A stretch of 64,000 nucleotides of DNA from positions 64,001 to 128,000 of IMG/VR virus record IMGVR_UViG_3300032401_000002. One strand, written 5' to 3'. Both the position numbers and the translations under genes were made by a program. Source of the DNA: a virus. This document shows, in pieces, positions 46,582-54,549 of the stretch. The first letter of the stretch is position 1. The number at the start of each line of letters is the position of its first letter. The notes under the pieces are model-generated. The model made no database searches, had not been told where the DNA came from, and saw nothing but the letters and a program-made list of their open reading frames with translations.

Positions 46582-47055
46582 TTAGGTCTGCTGGTACGTC
46601 GGCGTAACGCGCTCGGTATCTCCGTTGGAGAATGTACGAGTCGCTGCTGTATCTGCGCCGAAGAGACAGTTGTCCTGGTTGATCGTGGTCGAGCCAGCGA
46701 CGAACCAGAGAGTCGCACCGTTGGGGCTAGGTGCTCCCGTGAAGGTGAAGGACTTCTGTGCAGTCGTTGACTGATAGCTCGAACCAGGCTTCGTTGCAGC
46801 GGGCCATCCGCCGCCAGTCTGGTCACGAGAAATGGTCGCGCGTGCGTAACCATTCGCTGTTGCGGTACCGACTTCAAGGATCTGGGCCATGACATCAGCC
46901 TTGGTCGATCCTACTCCTGCGGCACGAGTACCGAGACCTAGGCCCCAGTTGGCTCCTGCTGTCGGCACGATGACGGGGGTGCCATAGTTGGTCTGACCGC
47001 CGAGCCAGCCGTCAATACAACTTTGTTCCCCTTTATTCCAAACGATGCTTGCCAT
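46582..47055 (-). CDS. Virion structural protein (fibre/decoration-type)
   Basis: 157 aa with the 'EV...NGYARATI...FTFT...RTFSNGDT..VT' pattern common to small phage virion proteins. Confidence 0.6.
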   Translation of the reverse strand: MASIVWNKGEQSCIDGWLGGQTNYGTPVIVPTAGANWGLGLGTRAAGVGSTKADVMAQILEVGTATANGYARATISRDQTGGGWPAATKPGSSYQSTTAQKSFTFTGAPSPNGATLWFVAGSTTINQDNCLFGADTAATRTFSNGDTERVTPTYQQT

Positions 47056-47130
47056 GTGCGTTAAGTTACTTTCCTGTTGGAGGATTGAAGGTCGATAACC
47101 TCACACCTTAGGTGGAGGTCGTTCGACGTT

Positions 47131-47472
47131 TTAAGGGGTCGCCTGCGGGAGCAAGTCAGCGATATCGATGAGGTCGATGTGCTCCTCGCCGTCCAAGAAC
47201 GACTGCTCGTTGTTGTAGCGCGCAGCCTCATAGATCCGGTACGGAGGGATGCCACTCGGGCCTCCAGCTTCACCAGCAATGTACCTGCGTGTGTGCTCTT
47301 CCACGAAGCTACGAACGGCCTCGTCGGTGGGGTTAGCCCGAATGATCAGCGGCATACCCACGCTCGTGATCAACGCGACGACGCTGTCGTCGGGAATAGC
47401 CTTCTTGGTTGCTGCCTTGGGTACTGGCTTCTTCCTCGGCCCCGATGCTGTGGTCTTCTTAGCTACTGCCAT
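47131..47472 (-). CDS. Hypothetical protein
   Basis: 113 aa with a basic N-terminus, overlapping the upstream gene. Confidence 0.55.
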   Translation of the reverse strand: MAVAKKTTASGPRKKPVPKAATKKAIPDDSVVALITSVGMPLIIRANPTDEAVRSFVEEHTRRYIAGEAGGPSGIPPYRIYEAARYNNEQSFLDGEEHIDLIDIADLLPQATP

Positions 47473-47959
47473 GAATGAACTCCTCTACGATCTTGGGCAT
47501 CTCTTGCTTCGGGTCGATAGTCAAGATGTGGTCGCCCTGCTTGGTGCCGTCCGTGAAGCTCACGAACCAGCGAGTTGGTCTTACGCCCCAATACATCTCG
47601 GGGCGGTTGAAGTACACAGCTTCGGCTAGCTCAGCCGGGCCGGTACCGATACAGAAGTTGCAGAATCCAGGCACCGGGCCGTTGTAGTCTGCACTGGAGA
47701 TTGCCGCATGCTGCACAGCCTCTGCCTTGTCTCCCTTGAAGTCGTACCCTACCTCGCGAACCCAGACGTACGCTGGACGTTCTTCGCACTTCCAGCACAC
47801 AGGCTCTCGTGATTCCGCCTTCTGCGTGAGGAAGATATTCTTCAGGTCGAGCGCTAGCTTCTCAGGCCCGGTCAAGTGACGCGGCTTTGCAACATCCTTG
47901 TCCGCGATCTTGAACATCCCGTTATCAAGTCGAGTCTCTTCTAGGATCTGGCTACTCAT
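47459..47959 (-). CDS. Hypothetical protein with CxxC...CxxC
   Basis: 166 aa. Confidence 0.55.
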   Translation of the reverse strand: MSSQILEETRLDNGMFKIADKDVAKPRHLTGPEKLALDLKNIFLTQKAESREPVCWKCEERPAYVWVREVGYDFKGDKAEAVQHAAISSADYNGPVPGFCNFCIGTGPAELAEAVYFNRPEMYWGVRPTRWFVSFTDGTKQGDHILTIDPKQEMPKIVEEFIHGSS

Positions 47960-47995
47960 ACGCTCTTTATCGGCACGTTTGACGAAACAATCCAG

Positions 47996-49816
47996 CTAGC
48001 TGGAGAGTGACGCCCATTCCGATACCTCTTCCCAGTCTTCGTTTGAATGCTTGCGCCACCAATCCTTGATTGCTTCTTCCGCGTGTTCGCGAACTTCAGG
48101 CTCGGATAGCTGGGTGTGCTTGATCTTGATCTCGGAACCACTCGTGCGTAGCTCGCCCGTGTCGGTCTTTGTGGTGTCAATGTCCATCATCGCGTTGCCC
48201 GTGTCCACGCCGAACTTGTCGAGTAGCTCCTGGAGTATGTCTGTCACCTTGAGATTATGATCCCATTCCTTGATCACAAGTTCGCTCATGTAGTAGACGA
48301 ACAAGTAATCAGGATCGCTGTCTTCGTCTGCTGCCGCCTTCAGGTTCTGGGACGGTACGCGCTGTGTCTTACCGGACTGGTAGTCCTTGACAAGCATGTG
48401 CTCGCCATCAGCCCCCAACACGATTCCAAGTCCGCCACCAGGCGTTGTGACTTGCGTCCCCTTGGCGAAGAGCGGAGCGCCAGTCTCAGTGATCGTCTCT
48501 GTGCCGGTAGGCTCGGACAATGCGTGACCGCATGTTCCTGCCATGCACTTCTGCATGCGGCGGGCTGTCTGCTGGTGAGCCAACTCGATGTTGGCCTTGC
48601 CGTGGTCGCCGTAGCCTGTTACGATGTGGTTGTAGCCGTCAGTGTCCGTCCACTGATAGACGGGCTTGCCGTTTCCGCTGTACCGATTGAAGCCCCATCC
48701 AAGCTCTTGGGCCAGTCCGTTCTCTCCGACTGCTCCGACCACAACGCGCGAGACGGGCTTGAGCGTGCGCTCGGGATCTTCGCCACATGAGGGACACTCG
48801 ATGCGACCCTTGTGCTCGGCCTCGCGCTGGTACGTCACACCGCAGTGGTGACATCGCTTGATCGTGTGCTTGTGCTTGCCCTTCTTATCAACGATCTTCA
48901 ACTCATGCACGTCCTCCTTGAAGGTGAACTTGCCCTCGTCATCTCTCTTGTGCTCGTCTTCCTCGAACGCGGTCTTGGAGATAGCAGGCCCGAAGACATC
49001 ATCGATGTCAGACCAATCATCGCCGCCAATCGCTTGGTCGGGGAGGTTAGCATTCTCGACGGCCAGAGCTTGTGACTGCGGGTCGGGAGTCTTGAAGGGG
49101 TTGAGATGACTGAAGTCATACGTACCTACCGTGATCATCTGCTTGTTGCCGATCCATGTGTCCGTTAGCCCCTCACGGAAGAAGACATACGCCTTGTCGG
49201 TGAAGAAGTTGAGGCGGACTCCGATCAGGGCGGGCTTCAGTCCATTCGCCATGCAGTAAGCGATCTTGGCCGCACGCTCGTCCTTGCCACCGATCTTGAA
49301 TCGCTCCTGGGCTTGCGAGTGGTTCGTCTTGATCTCGACCCCGAAGTTGCCGCGCTCGCTGCGAATGATGGCGTCAATCGGGAAGGTGTTCTGATTCGAA
49401 GCTGGCTCAACTGCACCAATACCTGGAAGCTCTCCGAGACCCAGGACAACCTGCTCGCCGATGTCCCCCATCTGCGAAAGCGTTAGACCAGATCGCGTAC
49501 GCCCACCAGGATTCAGCACGGGCTTGCCGCTGCCGTCCGGGTCTTGAATGTGACTCTTGGAATCGTCCAGGTAGTTGTCCGTGTAGCCGCAATGAGGACA
49601 AGTGAACTCGCCACCGTTCTGCTCGATCTCCTGCATTTCACTTTGTGCAAAGTGATAACCGCACTTGGGGTTAGTGCAGTGAGCAGACGGATCTACATGA
49701 TGCTGTTCGTTCGGGCCTGTCAGTTCAGCTACCGCGTCATCGACGTACTTGGGTCGTGCGACGGGCATAGCAACGGCCTGCCAGTTTCCGATCTTCTCCC
49801 AGTCAAAGACAGTCAT
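47996..49816 (-). CDS. Multidomain protein: zinc ribbons + PD-(D/E)xK nuclease-like domain + further small domains
   Basis: 'GDIGEQVV...PIDAII...GVEIKT' nuclease motif, CxxC pairs, and an 'EHKRDDEGKF' motif. Confidence 0.7.
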   Translation of the reverse strand: MTVFDWEKIGNWQAVAMPVARPKYVDDAVAELTGPNEQHHVDPSAHCTNPKCGYHFAQSEMQEIEQNGGEFTCPHCGYTDNYLDDSKSHIQDPDGSGKPVLNPGGRTRSGLTLSQMGDIGEQVVLGLGELPGIGAVEPASNQNTFPIDAIIRSERGNFGVEIKTNHSQAQERFKIGGKDERAAKIAYCMANGLKPALIGVRLNFFTDKAYVFFREGLTDTWIGNKQMITVGTYDFSHLNPFKTPDPQSQALAVENANLPDQAIGGDDWSDIDDVFGPAISKTAFEEDEHKRDDEGKFTFKEDVHELKIVDKKGKHKHTIKRCHHCGVTYQREAEHKGRIECPSCGEDPERTLKPVSRVVVGAVGENGLAQELGWGFNRYSGNGKPVYQWTDTDGYNHIVTGYGDHGKANIELAHQQTARRMQKCMAGTCGHALSEPTGTETITETGAPLFAKGTQVTTPGGGLGIVLGADGEHMLVKDYQSGKTQRVPSQNLKAAADEDSDPDYLFVYYMSELVIKEWDHNLKVTDILQELLDKFGVDTGNAMMDIDTTKTDTGELRTSGSEIKIKHTQLSEPEVREHAEEAIKDWWRKHSNEDWEEVSEWASLSS

Positions 49817-52392
49817 TAGGCAGCCGGGATGATGTAGGGGTTCTGTTCATGCGGATGATGTCCGGGCACCTGAGCCAGTGGCACGAGGTTCTGTGGCTGT
49901 CCCTGGAACTCCTGGTCGAAGTCGTTAGCTGCGCGTTCGATGTGGCCGCGCCCTGCCTCGAAGGCTTCGGGGCCAACCCATGCTCCAGCCTTCGCGTTGG
50001 TCGCTGCGTCCCACTTAGCATCCGGGCCGTTCCACGGGAGTGGGTCGAGGATGCGGAGGGGAGAGTGGTCGGAGTGCTCGCCGGGATTACGAATGGCATC
50101 CCACAGTCCCCAGTGGTACAAGCCCAGAGGCATGTGACTGTAGCCTGTCGCGTCCTTGCCTGCGCGCTGCATGCGCTCCATCTTGTAGTAGTCTCGGGGT
50201 GTCATATCCTTCTCTGATCGACGCAGACCGCGAATGACGTGAGTGTCGATGATGCCAAGCTCCGAACCCATGGGGTGCAGAAGCAGCCATGCGAACGATG
50301 CCACTTTGGGGTTGACACCCGGCAGGTTCATGTTCATCACGGTGTTGCGGAAGTGGAATCCTTTGCCGCCAGTCTTCAGATCTTCAAGGGCTGCATCTCG
50401 AATCTCGCCGATGCGCTTGCCAACAGTCTCGATGGCGTCGAGATGGCCACCCATGAAGGCACCATACTTGGCGTCCTGGCTGGAGAACCCACTGGCGTCC
50501 TGATTACCCTGCTGCCATGCATCGTCGTGCATGAATAGCTGATCCTCAGCGGCTCGCTTGGTTCCCCACTCTTCCGGGAAGGTTGTGTCTCCGGGTCGCT
50601 GATCATGGATGGGGCTGACGTAGCCTTCTTCCCAGTGCTGCTTGGGCTTGGTGCCCATCTGCTGGTGCATCTGATTGCGCACCCAGTCAGGCCACTCCTC
50701 GGGCGGGAGAGTAGCCGCAACGTCACGCGCCATCGCGGCAGCGTTCTGGATCTCTTCAGCAGCGTCCTCGTAGAACTGCTCACTGGCAAGAGCCATCTGT
50801 CCCGGCGTCCATCCTCGTGCGGGGTTGTAGTTCTCCTTGAGCCAGGTGTCTACCATTCGACGTGCCATGTTGTAGCGACGTAGCTCGGACTTCTCTCCAG
50901 TGTCGTGCTCGGTCGCAAGCTGGGCCTCGAACTCCTTGATCTTATTGAAGATGACTTCCTTGGCTTCCTTCATTGCCTTGGCGGGATCAAGAGTCGGATC
51001 GTCAGCGGTTAGTTCGTGAGCCAGATAGTCCAACTGCTTCTTGTAGCTCAGATGTGACCCCTCTGAGTACCCTAGAGACTGGTTGTGCTTCTCTCGCTCT
51101 TCTTCGAGCATGTGCCACAAGTCAACAGCCTTGGTCGAAGGATCAGCATGCATAAGTGCCTGGTAGTGAGCGGCGTTCCAGCGAAGGTGCTTGCGGGGAG
51201 ACAAGAGCGCCACACGGAAGGCGTTCATGATCGCACGCTCCTGAGTAGCCTTGTCCTCGCTCGGCCAATCGGTATCGATCTTGGCTGCGTTCTGCGTTGT
51301 GGCCGCTGCGTCGATGTAGTCGTCCTCGGGCATCTCGGCGAAGTTCTTGGGCGGCACAGAGTGAGGGGGCTGCCAGAAGGCATTTGGATCGTGCGGGCGG
51401 TCGGGTGATACCATCTTCGCTCCTTCGACCTGATGCGTCTTCACGTCGAAACCCTGCATGACAGGATTGCCCAGTCCGAAGGTTGGGGATGGTACGTAGT
51501 TCTGAGGCATGACCCAGGAGCCAGGCCCCTGCGTGTTAGCATCGGGGGACGCCTGGTCGAGCGCATCCTTCCCCTGGTTCATGTTGTCCGGCTGGTTGAA
51601 CTGAGGTAGCCCGCCATGAGGCACGAACACATGCTCACCATGCTTCTCCTGCACGGGGTGAAGGAACTTGCTCATGAAGCCAACCTTCTGCGGGCCGAAG
51701 CCCTTGGTTGACGAGCGATACGCTACCTGCCCAATGCACTCGGTGAAGAGCGCCTCACGGGCCAGAGGAGACACGAGGGGGAAGTGGACGCCACAAGCTA
51801 GGTTCTCGCCTCGCCACGAGAAGTCCCCGCCCGACTGAGCGTGCCCCAGAACGTCATGGACGATGCGGAAGTTCACGTTGTCTTCGACGCTCCAGATTGG
51901 GTGCTCGGAGTTAGCTCGGGAGACGATGAAATGCTTGTTCTTGTGGATGTCTTCAGCCATCTCTGCCGCGTCAGCGTATGGCTCAGGATCATCTGACACC
52001 TGAACGGTGATCTGCTGACGAATAGCATCGGCCTGGATCTTGGACTCAGCAGCCAAAGCCTTCCACGCGGGCACGGCGGCATCGTCAAACGGCGGCAGGG
52101 CTGCGTACGCCTTGGCAATCTCATCCTTCTCTGACAGCCAGTCGCTCGCCCAGGCAGCGATCTTGAGTGAAGCCATACGCCGCACCTTCGTGGCTTGCAC
52201 CGCATATCGGTACACGGCGGCAAGCGCGATGGCAGGCGTCTTGCCTGAGCGCTCGATGTCTTGGCCGGTCTCCTCATTGCTCGCCTTGGCGACGTACACG
52301 TCACCCTTGCGGTCAATCTTGCCGAGACTCCAGCCCAGGCTCGTCAGCTTCTCGTAGATTTCTGACTGTGGCGTGGCTACTTGCATGGTCAC
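49816..52392 (-). CDS. Multidomain protein with HDxxGH domain and C-terminal HhH-GPD glycosylase-like domain
   Basis: 'FRIVHDVLGH...GENLA...EALFTE' and 'LPGVNPKVASFAWL...GIIDTHVIR'. Confidence 0.7.
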   Translation of the reverse strand: MTMQVATPQSEIYEKLTSLGWSLGKIDRKGDVYVAKASNEETGQDIERSGKTPAIALAAVYRYAVQATKVRRMASLKIAAWASDWLSEKDEIAKAYAALPPFDDAAVPAWKALAAESKIQADAIRQQITVQVSDDPEPYADAAEMAEDIHKNKHFIVSRANSEHPIWSVEDNVNFRIVHDVLGHAQSGGDFSWRGENLACGVHFPLVSPLAREALFTECIGQVAYRSSTKGFGPQKVGFMSKFLHPVQEKHGEHVFVPHGGLPQFNQPDNMNQGKDALDQASPDANTQGPGSWVMPQNYVPSPTFGLGNPVMQGFDVKTHQVEGAKMVSPDRPHDPNAFWQPPHSVPPKNFAEMPEDDYIDAAATTQNAAKIDTDWPSEDKATQERAIMNAFRVALLSPRKHLRWNAAHYQALMHADPSTKAVDLWHMLEEEREKHNQSLGYSEGSHLSYKKQLDYLAHELTADDPTLDPAKAMKEAKEVIFNKIKEFEAQLATEHDTGEKSELRRYNMARRMVDTWLKENYNPARGWTPGQMALASEQFYEDAAEEIQNAAAMARDVAATLPPEEWPDWVRNQMHQQMGTKPKQHWEEGYVSPIHDQRPGDTTFPEEWGTKRAAEDQLFMHDDAWQQGNQDASGFSSQDAKYGAFMGGHLDAIETVGKRIGEIRDAALEDLKTGGKGFHFRNTVMNMNLPGVNPKVASFAWLLLHPMGSELGIIDTHVIRGLRRSEKDMTPRDYYKMERMQRAGKDATGYSHMPLGLYHWGLWDAIRNPGEHSDHSPLRILDPLPWNGPDAKWDAATNAKAGAWVGPEAFEAGRGHIERAANDFDQEFQGQPQNLVPLAQVPGHHPHEQNPYIIPAA

Positions 52393-52424
52393 CCCTTAGG
52401 TGTCCGATGCAGACAAGAGCTAAG

Positions 52425-52727
52425 CTACCAGGAGTAACGCCCCCAGTAACTGCCGCGCTTGTTGCCGCACCCGGTGCAGACGTACTGAGTCTTGTCCACG
52501 GTGTACTCGCTGCTCAGCCACTTGTCGCCCGCCAGGTTCTTGAAGCGACGGACGTGGGTCTCCGTGCCGATGATGCGCTTCTCGTAGGTGTGGACGTGCT
52601 TCTTGTTCTTGCCCTTGGCGTGGCGCTTGCGCGGAACCTCGTCCTCAGGCATGCCCGCGCTCTGACGGAACTCCTTACGGCGTCCACGGCTTGTCTGACA
52701 ATCATCGCATCCGCAATGACGGCCCAT
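52425..52727 (-). CDS. Small basic zinc-binding hypothetical protein
   Basis: 100 aa with SD AGGAGG, and CGCDDC, HVH and CTGC motifs. Confidence 0.55.
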   Translation of the reverse strand: MGRHCGCDDCQTSRGRRKEFRQSAGMPEDEVPRKRHAKGKNKKHVHTYEKRIIGTETHVRRFKNLAGDKWLSSEYTVDKTQYVCTGCGNKRGSYWGRYSW

Positions 52728-52758
52728 GATGTACCTCCTGTGTTGGGTAGTTATCTAC

Positions 52759-52908
52759 CTAAACACATGGATCATCCTTGTCTGTGTGACGCAGCATCTG
52801 CCGCTTCTCTGCAATGCCCTTCTGCTCCTTGTGGTTGCCAAGGCGATGAGGCGTGCAGATGCAGCACTTGACGTGACGACGGCTGCGCTTTCGCTGGAAG
52901 TGTGCCAT
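52759..52908 (-). CDS. Small basic Cys-containing peptide (49 aa, MAHFQRKRSRRHVKCCICTPH...)
   Basis: My own translation, below the track cutoff. It fills the gap upstream of 52425..52727. Confidence 0.4.
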   Translation of the reverse strand: MAHFQRKRSRRHVKCCICTPHRLGNHKEQKGIAEKRQMLRHTDKDDPCV

Positions 52909-52947
52909 TCACAGATTATGACACAGATCCCTCCAGGTTGCAAGTGC

Positions 52948-52975
52948 TTGTGCCTTACAGCGGGTGTGTTACACT
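52948..52975 (+). promoter_or_regulatory. SigA-type promoter TTGTGC-N16-TACACT, probably leaderless
   Basis: The -10 box ends 7 nt before GTG 52983. Confidence 0.5.
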
Positions 52976-52982
52976 ATGAGTA

Positions 52983-53147
52983 GTGATTCCGCTAGATGCA
53001 TACGCGCTCCTCCATGTTCACATTCCGCTCCTCATGGAGGTCAACAGCCTTGAGCTTGACGAACAAGGAGAACCCGAAGTCGTGGTAGTTCAGATGATTG
53101 AGATGCCGGGGTACTACTGCTTCCACCAGGTGGTGTGCTACAACTGA
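52983..53147 (+). CDS. Small hypothetical protein (54 aa)
   Basis: My own translation MIPLDAYALLHVHIPLL...VVCYN. Its stop overlaps the kinase ATG (TGATG). Confidence 0.45.
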   Translation: MIPLDAYALLHVHIPLLMEVNSLELDEQGEPEVVVVQMIEMPGYYCFHQVVCYN

Positions 53148-53620
53148 TGCTGATGATCATTCCTCCCAAGAGACTCGTCCTGATGCAGGGCATCCCCGGC
53201 TCGGGCAAGACCACTGTGGCGCGGAAGCTCATCGACTCCTTCCTGGCTGAGTCAATGAGCATCTCCTACAATTGGACGGCTAAGAAGCTCTCGACCGACG
53301 ACTACCGAGAGCAGCCGTGTGGGCATTACGTCCACGACATCTCTCAGAACGCTGCCCATCATGCCAAGACTCAGAGGGCCTGCGTGAATGAGATGATCGA
53401 CTTCACCAACCTGATCGTCATCGACAACACCAACATCGAGAAGTGGCAAGCTGCGCCCTACCTGGCGCTGGCGTCCATGTACGACTACGAGGTACAGGTC
53501 ATCAGCGTGCAGTGCTCGGTGGCTGACGCGAAGGCTCGCAACGCTTCTCGCGATCCTGGTCGGCGTGTGCCCGATGGGGTCATCGAGGCCATGCACGAGA
53601 AACTGGAGGTACTACTGTGA
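53147..53620 (+). CDS. P-loop kinase, AAA_33 / polynucleotide-kinase-like
   Basis: 'MQGIPGSGKTT', 'STDDYR', 'IVIDNTN' and 'RNASR...VPDGVI'. Confidence 0.8.
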   Translation: MLMIIPPKRLVLMQGIPGSGKTTVARKLIDSFLAESMSISYNWTAKKLSTDDYREQPCGHYVHDISQNAAHHAKTQRACVNEMIDFTNLIVIDNTNIEKWQAAPYLALASMYDYEVQVISVQCSVADAKARNASRDPGRRVPDGVIEAMHEKLEVLL

Positions 53621-53826
53621 GACTGAAGATCATTGCCGAAGCTGGAGACCACTTCGTTGGCGAAGGCCCGGACGGAACACTCTACGGAAGATTCGAGAAC
53701 GTAGACACGAAGAAGACCACCTGGGTTCCGATCCAGGGTTGGTCAATCACGCACGTACCAGGAGAGCTAGACAAGCTGACGTACGGAGAGACTCAGGCTG
53801 CTGCCCACTTGGTCTCAAACGTCTGA
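53617..53826 (+). CDS. Hypothetical protein
   Basis: 69 aa with a GTGA overlap with the kinase stop. Confidence 0.5.
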   Translation: MRLKIIAEAGDHFVGEGPDGTLYGRFENVDTKKTTWVPIQGWSITHVPGELDKLTYGETQAAAHLVSNV

Positions 53827-54458
53827 CCTGTATTTGGCTCGATGTAGCCAACGATGCCAGTCAGGTTTCCATCGGCGTCATGCATGACGTGATTGGTTGC
53901 TGAGACAGGGATTGTTCCATTGTCTGGAACCTGCATGTCGAAGTCCAACTCGTTCGTGAAGATGCCACGAAGCTCGAAGTCTTCGACAATCTTAGCTACG
54001 CGCTCAAGGTCGTGCTTGGCAATGGTGCTTAGATACCCCATTCCGTATAGCTCTTCCTTGGGCCGACCAGTCAAGTTCACGTAGGCCCTGTTGCACCACG
54101 TCATCAAGCTCTTCTCGTCGGTCATGTACATAGCTCGCTCGTCCAGATTCAACCATGCTTCGGCCGTGCGGTCACTCTTGATGGCTAACGCTTCGATGCG
54201 ATTGATAGCATCTCGTAAGCTGGTGCCATGGTTGGGGACAAGCTCTTGGTGTACGCGGTCGAGGTCAGCCCTCATGCGCTCGACGGAAGTAACTAGCGAC
54301 GGGATGTCCAAGTCCAACATCCTGCGATCCTTCCTCTTGCTTCTCAGCCAAAGCTGCCACCGAGCGTACGGTATCTTGGTGATACCCCAGATGACGCCTG
54401 CTGCGGCGGCTAGCTGGACAATCAGTTCGGCGAAGTGCTGATAATCTAGATTATGCAC
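53793..54458 (-). CDS. Membrane protein with coiled coil and C-terminal PAS domain
   Basis: N-terminal TM, then 'ELVPNHGTSLRDAINRIE', then PAS motifs 'MYMTDEK...WCNRAYVNLTGRPKEELYGMGYL...HDLERV...DADGNLTGIVG'. Confidence 0.75.
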   Translation of the reverse strand: MHNLDYQHFAELIVQLAAAAGVIWGITKIPYARWQLWLRSKRKDRRMLDLDIPSLVTSVERMRADLDRVHQELVPNHGTSLRDAINRIEALAIKSDRTAEAWLNLDERAMYMTDEKSLMTWCNRAYVNLTGRPKEELYGMGYLSTIAKHDLERVAKIVEDFELRGIFTNELDFDMQVPDNGTIPVSATNHVMHDADGNLTGIVGYIEPNTGQTFETKWAAA

Positions 54459-54549
54459 GGGGCGCTCCGATACGAGGCGCAGCCACTCGTGAACTTCTCA
54501 TCTCAGTCATGTCACAAGTTAGGTTGTTGCCCAGGAAGGGAACTAAGCA

